Shown here: one piece after another, positions 1 to 13,458 of the stretch
How positions within the stretch are numbered: the stretch's first letter is position 1
How the letters are laid out: every line of letters starts with the position of its first letter
Assembly (NCBI GenBank): GCA_001643675.2
Contig: LSRY02000012.1
Coordinates: 1,178,001 to 1,242,000 of the forward strand
Length of the DNA stretch: 64,000 nt
Origin: Monocercomonoides exilis PA203
Taxonomy: Eukaryota > Protista > Preaxostyla
Direction: 5' to 3'
Notes under the pieces: generated by a model
The model's input: only the letters and a program-made list of their open reading frames with translations
Databases searched by the model: none
Told to the model about the DNA's origin: nothing
Translations under genes and position numbers: made by a program

Positions 1-1297
1 GAACATAACAGGCTGCACCTTCACAAGATGCATGTCTTTACAAGAAAGTTCATATGCCAGAGAAGGAGGTGCCATTTATGCTTCTAGCGATTCGAGAATT
101 AAAAATTCAATATTTAATTGTTGTCATTCAATTGGTGATGGAGGAGGTATATGCGCAACAATGGAAATTTCATTGAGCAATAATACATTCACAGCTTGCT
201 CATCAATTAGCAATGGCGGAGGGTTATATATAAAATCAATTTCCTCGACAATGAATTCAAAAAATCTCACTTTTAGCCACTGTATATCAGGACTATTTGG
301 TGGCGGAGTATCTTTTTATAGTAGAGACATTGCCTACTCATTTGAATCAATTATCTTTTCTAACTGCCAAGCCGGATTATCAGGGGGCGGCGTTTATATT
401 TTTGCATCTCGCAGAGATGTACCCTCAACAAGAATCATATTTAAGGACTGCCAGTTTAGTAACAACGAAGCTAAAAAATTCGACCCTCAAGGCAGCACCC
501 CACCTCAGACCAACTATCTAATTGGAGATGGAGCTTCTCACATTGGAGGCACGGTGGAGACATTGGACGCCGTTACTTGTAATTCATTCATTCGGTGCAC
601 CGCAACCAAATCAAAAACAGCAATGGTTTTTGGTGATCAGTTGATACCATTTGAATGGATTAGTGGAAAATGTGTAATGACTCAAAGAGAAACAACAATA
701 TTTTTAGTTGTGTTCTTTACGGTTGCTGGCGTATCTACTTTGATTGCTTCTCTTATCTGCTTTTGTGTGTGCCGTAGAAACAAAAAACTGAAGAGAGAAA
801 TAGAGAAAAAGAAATTGGCACTCGAACATCCTGGAACTGCTGAACAACTGGGAACTATTCAAACCACTCCTAACGAAAATGCTCAATTACCAGCTGGATA
901 TCAAGCACCAGTTATTTATCCATTGTCCACGCTTCATCTTGTTCCAGCTCAATTTGTAATTCCAAATCAAGTGCCATATCAACTGCCAAACACTGGACTA
1001 AATGCAAGTCAAACTGCGAATTCTTTGAACGTGCCATATCAAGCGTTTCCAGTTTCTGAGCAAATTGAACCTTCTCAAGGCACGCAGGATCTTTTACAGA
1101 TGCAACAACAGAATTATACTCCAAGCATTCAAATACAACAACAGAATTATTCTCAAACCACTCAAATGCAGCAACAGACTTACACTCCAAACGCTCAAAT
1201 GCAACAACAGAATTATTCACCAAGCGCTCAAATGCCTTTGATTGCACCAGAATCTTCAAATGAAGTGATGCTACCATCAGAAATAAAAGATATGTAA
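1..1297 (+). CDS. Type I membrane surface protein (GGA/GGG...FxxN/FxxC beta-helix repeats, Pmp/adhesin-like), 5'-truncated by window edge
   Basis: Repeated GGAIY/GGGIC/GGGLY/GGGVS/GGGVY with FxxC/FSNN motifs; TM segment IFLVVFFTVAGVSTLIASLICFCVC followed by RRNKKLKR; Q/P-rich cytoplasmic tail; stop TAA at 1297. Confidence 0.75.
   Translation, partial: NITGCTFTRCMSLQESSYAREGGAIYASSDSRIKNSIFNCCHSIGDGGGICATMEISLSNNTFTACSSISNGGGLYIKSISSTMNSKNLTFSHCISGLFGGGVSFYSRDIAYSFESIIFSNCQAGLSGGGVYIFASRRDVPSTRIIFKDCQFSNNEAKKFDPQGSTPPQTNYLIGDGASHIGGTVETLDAVTCNSFIRCTATKSKTAMVFGDQLIPFEWISGKCVMTQRETTIFLVVFFTVAGVSTLIASLICFCVCRRNKKLKREIEKKKLALEHPGTAEQLGTIQTTPNENAQLPAGYQAPVIYPLSTLHLVPAQFVIPNQVPYQLPNTGLNASQTANSLNVPYQAFPVSEQIEPSQGTQDLLQMQQQNYTPSIQIQQQNYSQTTQMQQQTYTPNAQMQQQNYSPSAQMPLIAPESSNEVMLPSEIKDM
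1100..1231 (+). repeat. 4 x 33-bp coding tandem repeat (MQQQNYTPSIQ-like 11-mer)
   Basis: Units MQQQNYTPSIQ, IQQQNYSQTTQ, MQQQTYTPNAQ, MQQQNYSPSAQ. Confidence 0.9.
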
Positions 1298-1970
1298 ATG
1301 GAAAAGAATATTTTATTTATTATATTCACCAGCTCAACAAAAAAACCATGCTTATAAATCTTGATTGGAGAAAGGAAACAGAATTAATATTTTACAATCA
1401 TGTTGTCGTGCGTATCAGACAATATTACAATGAACTCAACTTTTGTAGATTTAAACTCAAGAACTTTCAACTTCAACTTTTCAGTTTTTTGTATGATTAT
1501 TAAGTTTGCCAATGCAATTCTGCTCAGTTTTATGTTTTTCTAATTTGGAGGTTTACTGCATCTCATTGTTTGTTTTTGTCTTGAGTTGTTTTAATGTGGT
1601 ATCATTGACACTTTTGCTGTTCTGCTTTCGCAAAAATGTACAAAAATTTGACTTTTTTCCTTTTATAATTAGTGTGATGAACTTTTTCTTTGAATGAATG
1701 TGAAGTGAATACTTTTTTGTTAGTCATTGTTCGATATATTCAATTGTAATAAACAAAGCATTGAATTCTTTACTAAAAGATTTTTTGAGTTCTCTACCTA
1801 AGCAAATGAAAAAAGAATCGAAAACAGAGAAATTGAAGCAGAGATTTTTTCAAAAAAATACTTGAAACGTCAATTTTTTAAAAAACAAAAGTTATCGAAA
1901 AAAAAGTTTCAATTTTCACAATGACCCAGAGAAAAAATGAACACATTTGTTGATGAATTATGTTAATAAC

Positions 1971-4900
1971 TTATAATCTTGCTCGCTCCGGTGAAAGCGG
2001 AGGAGAAGGAGGAAAAGAACGAGTCAATGTTCCTTCGACAGATGGAGATGTAGGTCTGTGTTGATGAAGGATTTTTGATCTTGTACGAAGATGAGCAGTT
2101 GCAACCTGCTGATCATACGCTCGACGAGCGGGACTTGTATCAAATGAAGGCGCATCAAAAGGAAGTGTTGAAGATAAAGGCAAGCGCGAAGAAGATTTGT
2201 TGTGTGAAGGAGGTGGCATTGTAGAAGATAAGCTTTCTGGAGGCAAAGGTGAATTAGATCTTGACAGCTTGTCCCTTAATGATGGTGATCGAGACGAACG
2301 ATGTTCAGGACGCCGATTTTGTTTGATCCACTGTTCCTTCCATTTCCCCCACCCTTGCTGAATTTTATCATAATGCTTTATCAGATCTATGCTGGCAGTT
2401 GGAGAATTTGCTGATTTTTTGTTGGTTTCGTTATTTTCTTCTTCAAATGAAGAATCTTTCAATTCTCCAAGAAATGAATTTCTTTCATCCATTGAGTTTT
2501 GTATTGTGCCTTTATCTCTGATAAAGCTATCTTCAAGCTTTTCAGGAGGAAGCATGCTCTCTGAATTCTTTTGAGTATTGCTCATGAGAGGATTGTCTTT
2601 GATTCCTTTAGAATGCAATAAATTATCCTCATTAAGCTGAATGTTTGCTGAATTGTCTTTTGAAGTATCTTCATCATCTGATAAATCCGCAATTTGAGAA
2701 GAATTAATGTTCAAAGATTTGTTCTGCGTGTTTTCTTCATCTACAGATTGGATGTTGTCTTCATGAACTGTATCAACAATTCTATTACTTTTTTCGCTTT
2801 CTTTCTCTGCCCCTTTTTTCATTTCAATGTCTTCCAAATATTTGTTCGATATATTGCTCTGTTCATGGCTTGACTTTGATATATTAAAATCACTTTGTTG
2901 AGTAAGTTGCGGAATTATATTTCCAAATTGTTCTTTTCCAAAAGTATTATTATCCTCCAATTGAGGTTTTATAGCACTCCAATTTGATTTATATGATGAT
3001 TTTGTAGCATTCGGATGTAATAATTCATTTTCGTCTTGCGCACTAGCATTTGAAGAAGAGCTCTGCGATGAGGTTAAGTTTGAAAATTGGGTTAAACCAT
3101 TCGTTGGGATTGATTGACTTGAACGCAATGTTCTCGAATCTATTTGTCTTTGAGAGATGCTCTTTGGAGATCGAGAAACCAAAGACGGATAACTTGGGCA
3201 TCCAACAGAATTTGATAGAAGCGTATCAGATTGAAGTGGTGAAGAAGAATACGAGTGATGTGAGTTTAGAGTATTTTGGTTGAATGGAACAGGAAATGTG
3301 GAATGGGAAGTGGCTGTTGAAATGATAGAAGGGAAATATGGCTGAAGTGATCGTGGTGATGACATGTTGATAAACGGCCCAGTAATCATCTGTTGGGAGT
3401 TGACAAAAGCTGTGTTATCTCCAATTTTGCTAATCGGAGGCTTCAAAACTGTCTGGACTGCGTAAAATAAATAAAAAATATGTTAATCACAAAGGAAAAA
3501 TAATGAAAAGAATCATTATTCATTAAAAGTTAGTGAAACGAACGTCAAACAAAAATGCTTATTTTCACACATCTGCATTTCTGCCTAAAAAATTTGCTGT
3601 TTGTTGACCTCCTTTCTCAAATAACTCCTGAGGCGGATGATAATTACCAGAATCTTCTATCGTTTTATCTGACCCTCCTTCACCTTTCAGTTGATTGAGA
3701 AGAATAGCTTTTTCCTCTTTTAATCGCCAGCATTCGTCATGAAGCTTTCCAAGTGACTGCTCCATCTGAATCACTTTCGCTGGATCCACACCAGCCTTCA
3801 ACTGTGTAAGCTCGCTTCTCAGACGGTCAATCTCTTGCTGTGCAGGCTGCTGCTGTAGCGTCTCGACTTCAACGCGGAGTCTGGTTCGCTCCTCGTCAAG
3901 ACTCATCAGTTGCTGTCTGAAGATGGCATCTTGCCCTTTGATTGCTACAATAGCTGTCTCTTCTTCAGCGAGCTTGTCAACAAGTGCTTGGGCTGCGGCT
4001 TGGATACCACCTTCTGTGTATGTCTGTTGATTTGAATCAGACGCAGAAGAGCTGGATTTCAGAGCAGATGGATCATTTTCTCGTGAATAAGCTCTTCCAG
4101 AAGTTGCTATTTCGCACAATTTCTTTTCATACTCTGCTGTCTTTTGATTCATTTCAGATTTCATCTTAATAAAGTCTTCTTCTCTTGCGTGCTGCATCTT
4201 TGTTAGCTGGTCCACTTGAAACTGCAATTCTTCATTCACTCGCATCAGCTGCGTCCAATGAAGAATCTGAGAAGACAATCGCTCATTCAATTCTTCATTC
4301 AAACGCTGTGCCTCAAGTAAATCTGTCACTCTGCCCTGTTTCGAAGCAGAAGATGACGGAGACGAAGAGGTTGCCATTGTACTGTTGTTTGCCATCAAAT
4401 CTGCTGTTGCTGCCTTCAAGTATTCAATCTCTTCGTTTTTGTGTGTAATTAGACGACGCAATTCATCAACCGTATCTTTAGCATCTTTCAGCTGCGCGGA
4501 TAGCGCATCTCCAGCCATGTTTGAGCTATCTGATTGGTCAAAATCTGCAACCCCTGTAGATGGATCAATCTGGTGCATCCGCAACAGTTTCCTCATTTTT
4601 TCACCTTCGTTCTGAAGAACAATCACATCTTGCTCCAGTTTTCTGACTTGTTCTTCTTTTTCAACAAGTCTTTGATTCTGCTCCCTGAAATTTGATGCAT
4701 TTTCATCAATTTCATCTTTACCAGAAGCAGAGATCCTGCGTGGAATTATCGGAAGTGCCTTTCCATCAGGTGCCATTGGATCCCAAAGTCCAACTGCTTC
4801 TCTTGCCTTTTCCAGCTGTGCAACGCTCATCGACAGGAACACCCTTTCCTCTTCTGGATCTGCAGACTGCCCTGTTTCACTCACTGCGCTTTCGTCCAGT

Positions 4901-7086
4901 CCACATTCTGCTCTTTCTAGACATTGCGCAATTAGAGTGTCCAGTGCAGACCGGCAAGAAGATGCTATGTGATGAATCTTTCTTGCCGTTGACATAGAAG
5001 AGAGAGCTGGATCAGATAGCGGTGATACAAGCGTTGGAGATGTTAAGGCCTTTGACAAAGACATCTGATCGCTTTTTGCACGATTCAAAACACTTCGCAT
5101 TCTATTTTGCGATCGATCAGAATCAAGCTGTCTTCTGGAAGATGGAGTCGACAGTACTGATTGACGGCTGGATATATTTTGCCTTCCTCTTGCTGTATCG
5201 TCATCTTCGTCTGAATCCTCTGTGATTTCATTGATAAGTGGTCTGTGAGAATTTCGTCGTAAAGATGCTGATAGAGCAGACTGACCTCCAATTTTCTGAG
5301 CAATTTCTTGTTCAGCCTCTTTTTTTCCTTCTTCTTTTGCTATCTTTTCCCTGAGAGATGCCATCTCCATTTCAGTTTTCACCCTTCGCTCTGCTTCCAA
5401 TCGTGCAATGCTAATATCGCTTTCTCTGCCTCGCATCCTGAGTTCTTCCATATGCCGCTCTACTGCATAATTTGGTGCTTGTGGAGAAGAAAAGACGGCT
5501 GGAGAAGGAATCGCGGGAGGATAAGGAGCTGATAGTTGATTTGGAAGAGATGGATACGATGATTGCGGAATTTGAGCTGAAACTGGATTCGCTGAAGAAG
5601 GTGATTGAGTCTCTGTCTCGTTGAGTTTAGCAGCATCCTCTTCGAGACCACCTTTTGATGACTTTGATGAACTTTTTGAAATATCCTTTTGAGGACTTTT
5701 TTTATTTTTTTCTGATGATTCACTTGAATCCGATTCTGATTGTGAACTTTCGCTACTGCTTTCACTTTCTTTGCCCTGCTTCTTTTTCTTTGGCTTGCTT
5801 TTTTTCCTTCGTGAACTTGTGTGGAGCGAGCGCGATGTTCTGTGCAAGTGCTTGCTGCGCCTTCCATAACTCTCATCACTGCTATCATAATCATCATCAC
5901 TGTCTTCATCATCATCGTCATACTTCTTACTTTCCCTCCTCCAGCTTCTCTCGCTAAATTCAGGTCTTCGCCTAACAGGTGCTGATGCCATCAACCGTTC
6001 ATCCATTTTGCGCTCTCCTTCTGATCTGTATGGAAGGCCATAAAGATCTTCTGCTTCTCTTCTACCTAACGAAGACATTAATCGAGGCTCCAACACAACT
6101 GGGCGATCTCTCCAGTTATCACGAGCTGTTTGTGGCCTTTCAACATTTGAAGGAAGAGGACTTCTTCTCGGATCTTGTTGCAGTGGACTCTTATTCAACA
6201 ATGGCCGATCAGAATCAGATCTCTGTCGCAAAGTATTGCTTCTTTGCATCTCAGAAGAAGCAGATGAGGGCGAGCGTGAATGGTCATAACGGCGTGAAGT
6301 AGTTGAAAGAGATTCGCGATTTTGTTGTTCGTTTTGCTCTTCTTCTGGAAGTGATTGCGTCTTTTGTGAAGAATATTTCATTTGAGAATACTCCATTGGA
6401 TTCATATGTTGGGGATGATGTGGCTGGCGCGATTGAGAAAATGGAGATGAAGCTGAAGAAGCAGAAACTCTTTGTTGTTGAGACGATGAATATGATGAAG
6501 CTGGAGGCGGAGGTTGAGTCACCATTGTGAACGCTCTTCGACCAAAAATAGAATTCTTTGCCTGATTCTCATTAAGTTCTGAACTGCTCACACCTGCAAC
6601 AGGCATATCAGCTGGATCCATTTTTTTCCGCTCTGGAGATGTTGAAGGGGAAGATCCTCCACGCTCTGGCGAAGTGAACGGAGATGAAAAAGGTGAGTCT
6701 TGAAGAACTGATGCTCCTCTTGCTACAGCCATCGGGTTTGTATATTCAAATCGAAATGAAACAATATCATAACCGAATCTGATGGTATCTCCGTGCTCCA
6801 AGTTACGCTTTGAATTCCAAACTCTATCTTCATTTACGAAGCACCCATTTCGAGACATGTGATCAATCAGTTCACAGCGAAGGCCTTCTTCATCCAAAAA
6901 ATGAATTGATGCATGCTTTTTTGAAATACTTTTGGAATCAAATACAATATCACATTCTTCATCTCTTCCGACCAATGTCGTTAATTCCTCTAAAAGGTAA
7001 ATAATCTGTTGTCCGACAAGTCTTCCATAAGCATGCTCTCCATCTTGCTGCTTCTGATCGACTTGTTCGTTTTCTTGATTTGACAT
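1971..7086 (-). CDS. FHA-domain protein with coiled-coils and S/P-rich disordered regions (FHAD1/SLMAP-like architecture); probably 2 exons (intron ~3453-3570)
   Basis: N-terminal FHA motifs VGR...SISKKHA...SRNGCFVN...LEHGDTIRFG; heptad-rich C-terminal half; downstream 491-aa ORF joined by a GT..AG AT-rich intron. Confidence 0.75.
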
Positions 7087-7368
7087 AAATCAAATAAATT
7101 TGTTTCCTTTGAAACTCAAGATTGAAATATTAACAATTCAAAAACTCCCACTATTTATTTTTTCTTTTTCATGGAAAAATATAAACTTTTTCAAAATATA
7201 TAAAAACATGAAAAAGTTATTGAAATAACTTTTTGTTTCAATGATAACTATAAAAATATATTAGCCAAACCTAAAAGAAGTTTTACAGATATAAAAGAAA
7301 AAAATAAATGAAAAAAAAAATGTTTTTTAAAAATAAAAATTGAAAAAATTTTGTTTATAAAATCATTT

Positions 7369-10300
7369 TTACAGTTCCGAATTTTGAGCAGCCATCGAAT
7401 TAAAGTGTGACAAAGACTGTGCAGAAGTATCTTTTAATTCCTTTGGATCACTTTGACCGCTCTGTTCATCCATGGGCTTTGTCTCATCCACCAAAAGAGG
7501 CAGACTTCCCAAACCGCATCCCATCTGAATCAAAGCAGCTGATGCTGAATGCTTCACGTCAATGTCCTTGTCGCTGCTGATGTAGAATGACAGATAGTTG
7601 CAGATGGTATCCCTCATATCAATTTGTTCACTTGCAGCTTGAGAAGTATTCGAAGCATGTGCAGCAGCTTCATCTTTTGTTCCGTTGCCTTCGCTTTTTC
7701 GCTTGTCTTCGGAATCTTCTCCTTTCTTTTCTTCCGTTTTGGAATCAATGCTCTTTGAAGGAATATATGCAGACAGTGTTGCCAGGGCAGAGGCAACCAT
7801 CATTCTGACATTTGGCACAGGGTCATAAAACAATGTCAATAAAAGTGGAACAAGACAGGTTGAAACCATCTGGCGAGGAACATACGATGCAAGTGACTAG
7901 TGAAAAAGAAGATTAATTTATCATATAGACAAATAAATTAATGAAAAAAAGAAAAGAAAAATTGAGGAAAAAAAAAATATACAATCCAAAGAAAATTCAC
8001 TAAGCATCAAAAAAACTCTTCGCCAATTCAAGTTAAAAAAATAATTTCTCTCTCACTCAACATACAATTATGCTGACAATCATATTCTGCCTCAACGCTG
8101 CGTTCTGCTCCTTCCCCAGCCTCTCCAAAACAGGCAGCAAATAGCTCTGTGTCCACTCTGCTCCAAACCACATCGCATATTTTGCTATCCCTTTGGCTGC
8201 TGATGTGCGCACAGCATACGACTGATCGCCCAGCAGCGACACAACAGCAGATAGGAGAAAAGAAGGAAAGACATGGGGATCAAGCAGCGGCTGTGAATAA
8301 GGGAAAGAGGATGCGCCATCAGAAGAGTTATGTTGCTGATTGTTGTATAGAGATTGAGGTTGATAATGCAAAGAAGACTGAGGTGTTGTGAATTCAGATT
8401 TAGAGAGTGCAGTTTTTGATTCAAGTGTCCAGCCATTTTGCTGAGGAACAGGCACAAATGGCTGAGGGCGCGAAAGCGCATCGGAAACAGGTGCAATCAA
8501 TGGGAGTGTGCTAGACGCTACTGATAACTTGGCTGATTGGAAAGTATTCTGTTGACTTTCAGCGGAAAGCGGGAAAGGCAGTGGAGAGACAGAGCGAGGG
8601 CGAGAAGGAAACAGCGGGCGGAGCGACGACAGCATCCTGGCAACAGCCGAAGACGGGAGCGAAAGCAGCGGCTGAGGCGAAGAAGAGCGGGAGTTGGGGG
8701 ACAAAGAGCGCGACGAGAGAGAAACAGGAGAGTGGCCGTGTCGCAGGCGGTTGGCAGAATCGGGCGAGTGTCTGCTGCGTGTGGTTGAGGGGGGAGGAGA
8801 GGTTACTCTGTGGAATCTGTGCTCAGAGTGGTGGGGAGGGGTGAATGAAGAAGGGCGGTGGAAGAGCGAGAAGGGAGAGAGGGGAGGATATGAGGAAAGA
8901 GGATGAGGTGTAAAGGGGGAAAGGGTATCAGAGCTCTGTGAAAGGAAAGAGAGAGGCATTGAAATGGAAGAGGATTCAGAGGATGTGGATGGAGAAAACA
9001 CATCCTTCTCCACATCAAACACAGCTTTATCTCCGTCTGTGTCAAGATAAGAGCGGAGCGGGTTGGCATTCACACCTGACCGGAGAGCGGACTGTGCATG
9101 TGCCGCAATTGCCAGCTCTTGGAGATCGCCCTGCTGCTGCGCGGTGGGGATGAGGATGTGGAAGAGTCGCACAAACAGCGGGAGTGTGTCAGCAGTGGTG
9201 TGGCTGCCGTAGAGGCAGTGAGGGAGAACAGAGGTGAGGAGATCAACAGCATACCGCCGCTTGCGCCAGTCGCGGTTCTGGCAGAGGAGATGGATATGGA
9301 GATGGACAAGAGAAAGGGCGGTGGGGAGATACGAGGCAGGATTGGGCAAAGAGGATGATGAAGAGGATGAAGAAAGAGAAGAAGAAGAAGAAGATGATGA
9401 TGCAAAAGCAGAAGAAGGATTAGCAAGCAGAGGCTGGGCAGATGGGCGTGGAGACAATGAACGAACAGTCTGAGGAGAAGAAAGAGGAGGAAGCGAAGAA
9501 AGAAGTGCTGATGAAGGATCTGATTGATTGAGGTGTGTGAAAGCGGCCATTGACGAGTGAGGAAGAGGAGCCTGAAGCTCCATCTGTTTTGTCTGCTCGA
9601 TCAATGAAAAAGGAGTTGGAGATGTGCATTTCACAGCAATGTGAGTTCCTTCTATCTCCTTTTTGTCAGTTTCAGGTTCGCTTGGCTGTTTAGAATTCTT
9701 CTGTTCTTTTTGTTTCGCTTCTTCTTTTGAAGCACCTTCATCAAAATTGCTATTCTTTTGTTTCAAGACTTCATTTTTGGTTTTTTCTGGATTATGCTTC
9801 TGTCTCATGTGAATGATGAACTCATGCAAGTTCATACTTTCTCCACAAACATCACAAACGACTTTCAATTCGTGCAAGTCCACGATGCATTCCTCTTCAT
9901 CTGCAAATGCCTTTAGCATCTTTTCAGTCTCCATTTCATACTCCTTTTCTCTTTGCCTCAATTTCTCATCTGCAATTTGATCTTTTTTGGTTTCTGTTTG
10001 TGATTCGACTGTTGTGTCTTCGTCAATCTCATTCAGAAATGGCGATGCTCCCCTCAGCGGAATGGGCTTAGCAACAAGGCAGGATGATGTTGGAGAAGAC
10101 GGTGAAGATGAAATAGAAGATGAATTAGATGTCGATAAAGCAGGTGAACCAGAAGCGGAAGCATTCTCATCAATTGCAACTGCTTGCTTGTTATCATCAC
10201 TGCAGGCTTCGTCTGTTTTTTCTATCTGTCCATCTTCATCCTGCTTGGATTCTTCTTCTCTATCGACATCTCCAAGTGCCAGGCGCATCCTCTCCTTTGC

Positions 10301-13300
10301 CTGTCTTCTCCTCTCCTTCCTCCTCTCCTTCTGCGCCCTTTCCTCCTCGTCCTGCTGTGCCTCTAAAAGTGGATAGTTGACTGGCAGTGAAACAGGCAGG
10401 TGCTTCAGAATCAGATGGAACGAGGCAAAAAACGCGGTTGAGCAGCGAATGAGTGTGTGCGAAGAGGAAAAAGTGTCATCCAAAAATGACTCATACAAGA
10501 GACATTCAGAAACCAGAGGAAGAATAAGCTCCAGAGAAGGCGAAGAAGTGCTGAAGATTTGGGCAGATGGCTTTGGGGAGTTGAGTTGCATGCTTTGAGG
10601 AGCAACAGAACAAGAATTGAGTGTTGGGTTGAGCGAATGCAGAGGAGAATGGAGATGAGATTCAGAAGGGGAATAGAGATTGCTGTCAATGACTGCAGTG
10701 TTTGATGGCTGTGCTGGCTGAGGAGACACCAAAGCATTGTTAGAAGGAATTGCCGAAATTGACGAGAAAGAAGAAGAAGTAGCAGCAGCAGAAGAAGAAG
10801 AAGATGGAGAAGAAGAAGTAGAAGAAGCAGAAACAGAAGCAATAGTCAAAGATGGAAAGCAATATGGATGGAAAGAGCTGAGAGCTGTGCCAAAAGAGGA
10901 ATAATTGACTTTCTTCTCGAACGAGGCGAAGAGGTCGAACATCGAAGGCAGGATGCAGCAGGCAGCCTCGCGTATTCTCCAGTCGGGGTGGCGGACACAG
11001 CGGATGAGGCGGATGCGGATGAGATGGAGGAGACGGCGGAGAATGGACATTGCATCGTGTGGCTGGGAAGAGGAAGAGGAGGAAGAAGAAGGAGAGGAAG
11101 GGGAAGAAGAAGATGATGATTGTATTGCACCAGAAGGAATAGAAAGAGAAGGCGGAGAAAATGGTCTTGAAATTGGAGTTTGTTGTGTCTGCTTGTCAAA
11201 CGGCTGGAGATCTGAATTCTGTGTTACAACACCATTTGAAGAAGAGACAGAAGAAGAAGAAGAAGAGGAGGAAGTGGTAGAAGATGATGATGAAGAAGAA
11301 ATAGAATTCCTCTTCAAATAAGAAGCCACAGCAGACAGTACAGCGCGTGTGAGAGAAGGCAGGGCGAGTGTGGTGAGGCGGATGATGCTCAAGAGAGGGT
11401 CCATGTCAGCCAAAGGGAGCATTTCAGAGGGCATCTGAATCAAATGCCAGACAATGTTCACGAGCCACGAGACTACACACACAGGCTGCTTTCGCTTTAA
11501 GATCTGGGGGATGAGAAGGGAGTTGTAAATGAAAAAAAAGAGAGGAGAAATAATTGGTTTGTGTGATGAAAACATTCAAAATGATTGTGTGATAGTTAAC
11601 GAAATAAACATAAGTTGAAAAAGAAAAAATAAGATAATAAAAATATGAAACAAAAAAGTCATTCTTCAAACTTCAGGAATCGACAATGCAGTTCTAATTT
11701 TGACCTGTTCTGGAGCATTCGGTGCCAGTTTAATGAAATCAGCATCAGTGTCGAGCAGAATGATAGGCGAAGGAACAGAATCTGACTGAGGTGAAGAAGA
11801 AGAAGAAGCAGAGTTTTGTGAGGAAGGTGTTAGTGGAGGTGATGTTGCTGGGAAGAGGCGCTCGCCGTTGCTGCCTCCGAAGAAAGGAGGGTGCTGTGTG
11901 ATGAAGGAGTCGAGGGAGGAGAGAATCTCACATAGAAGCGAATCGACTGGGTGAATAAAGAAGAAGAAGAAGAAGAAGAAGAAGAAAAGAAAGGAAAGAA
12001 ATTAACACGATAAATAAGAAGGATAATAGTAAAAAACAAGACATAATTCAATTGTAAGAAAGAATGCACCAATTAGATAAAAAAAGAAAAGAAAAGAAAA
12101 GAAAAAATCAAAAGCACACATTTTTTATTATTTTGTGAAGCGAGTGGATGTCTGAAGAGAGCAATGATCGACGAAAACGCCAGCGAAAGCGGATCAGTGA
12201 ATGAAGAAATGGAGTATGGGAAATACGGCGGGAGTGATGTAGACAAGGCGACAGCATATTGATCGTCCTGAGCATACGATGCGCCCAGCTGGTTATCTGC
12301 AGCTGTGTCTGACAGAATGCCGTAAGGGTCGCTGTCAGGAAGGGTGGCGTACCAGAGGCAGTCGGTGGAGATGGAAGGAAGAGCGGAATGAGGAGAATAG
12401 TAGAAAGGATAAAGCGGATTGGATGACAGGAAAGATGGGATGTGTGCCAGCAATTTGCTGGAGGAAGACGGCGATGTGGATGAAGTTGTGTATGCTGAAG
12501 TGCTTGGGGATGAGACAGAAGAAGATGATGATGAAGAAGTAACATCGGGATATAAAGATGGATTGAAAATGCTTGTGAAAAACGAGAAGAAAGGCTGCTG
12601 TGATAAATATTCCAAAGGTAAATGAGGTATTAGCATCTTAAATTCACAAAAATGAACACAAAGTAAGAAATGAAATTTTAGCAACAATAGTTTGCATTTC
12701 AAACTGGAAGCATTTGCACAAGATATATTTGTGGTCTCTGTTGCTCCGGCAGTGAAATGAAATTGAGTACATCACTAGGAAAAAATAAAATGATAAAACA
12801 CAAATTAAAGAAGATATTCAAATTCATTAATTCAGAATACCCTTCAACTACAGCTTTTGATTCTGGTCCAGTTGTGTAAACAGCTGGATAGAGCAAGAAA
12901 CGACGATTTTGAATATCTTCTGGCTGTGAAGCCAAAAATCCTTGACATAAGGAGCACACGATTTCGCACAATTCTCTGTCTTGCGAAGGATTCCAAGGAT
13001 TGTACAAATCCGAGATAAAAAACACAGCTTGCTCACCAACAGCTTTTGATGTGTCATAACAGAAAAACTTTAAAATAGACGCAAATGCCAAAGGGCTTGA
13101 AGAAGAAGCTTGCGAATCATATGTCATTTCATAAATGCATCTGATGAATAGCAATCTTATACTTTCCGATTCACCAAAAACGCCTGAATTAAACATGTTT
13201 CATTTATGCGCAATGAAAAACAGCAAAAACAATGACAATATAAAACAAATAAATTCAAAAAAGAAATAAACAACAAATACCTTGAAAATTATCAAAAATT

Positions 13301-13458
13301 ACATCAAATGATTCGTTTTGGCACCAAAGAGTAGAAATTAAGCCAAGGCGCCTTGCAGCTCGGGTCATTTCTTTCTCGTCACCAGAAAGAAGTCCGTCTT
13401 TAATTTCATTAAAAGATGTTTGGATTGTTTCTTCATCGTTTTCATCGCTCTGAGACAT
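7369..13458 (-). CDS. Divergent PP2A scaffold subunit A (PR65)-like HEAT-repeat protein with very large low-complexity insertions; multi-exon
   Basis: HEAT ends HPDWRIREA, NRDWRKRRYAV, LGDQSYAVRTSAAKGIAKYAMWFGAEW, FYDPVPNVRMMVASAL, SDKDIDVKHSASAAL parallel the PR65 repeats (DKSWRVR, DHVYAIREAA...FGKEW, DPVANVRFNVAKSL, DQDVDVKYFA); ATG at 13458. Confidence 0.7.
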
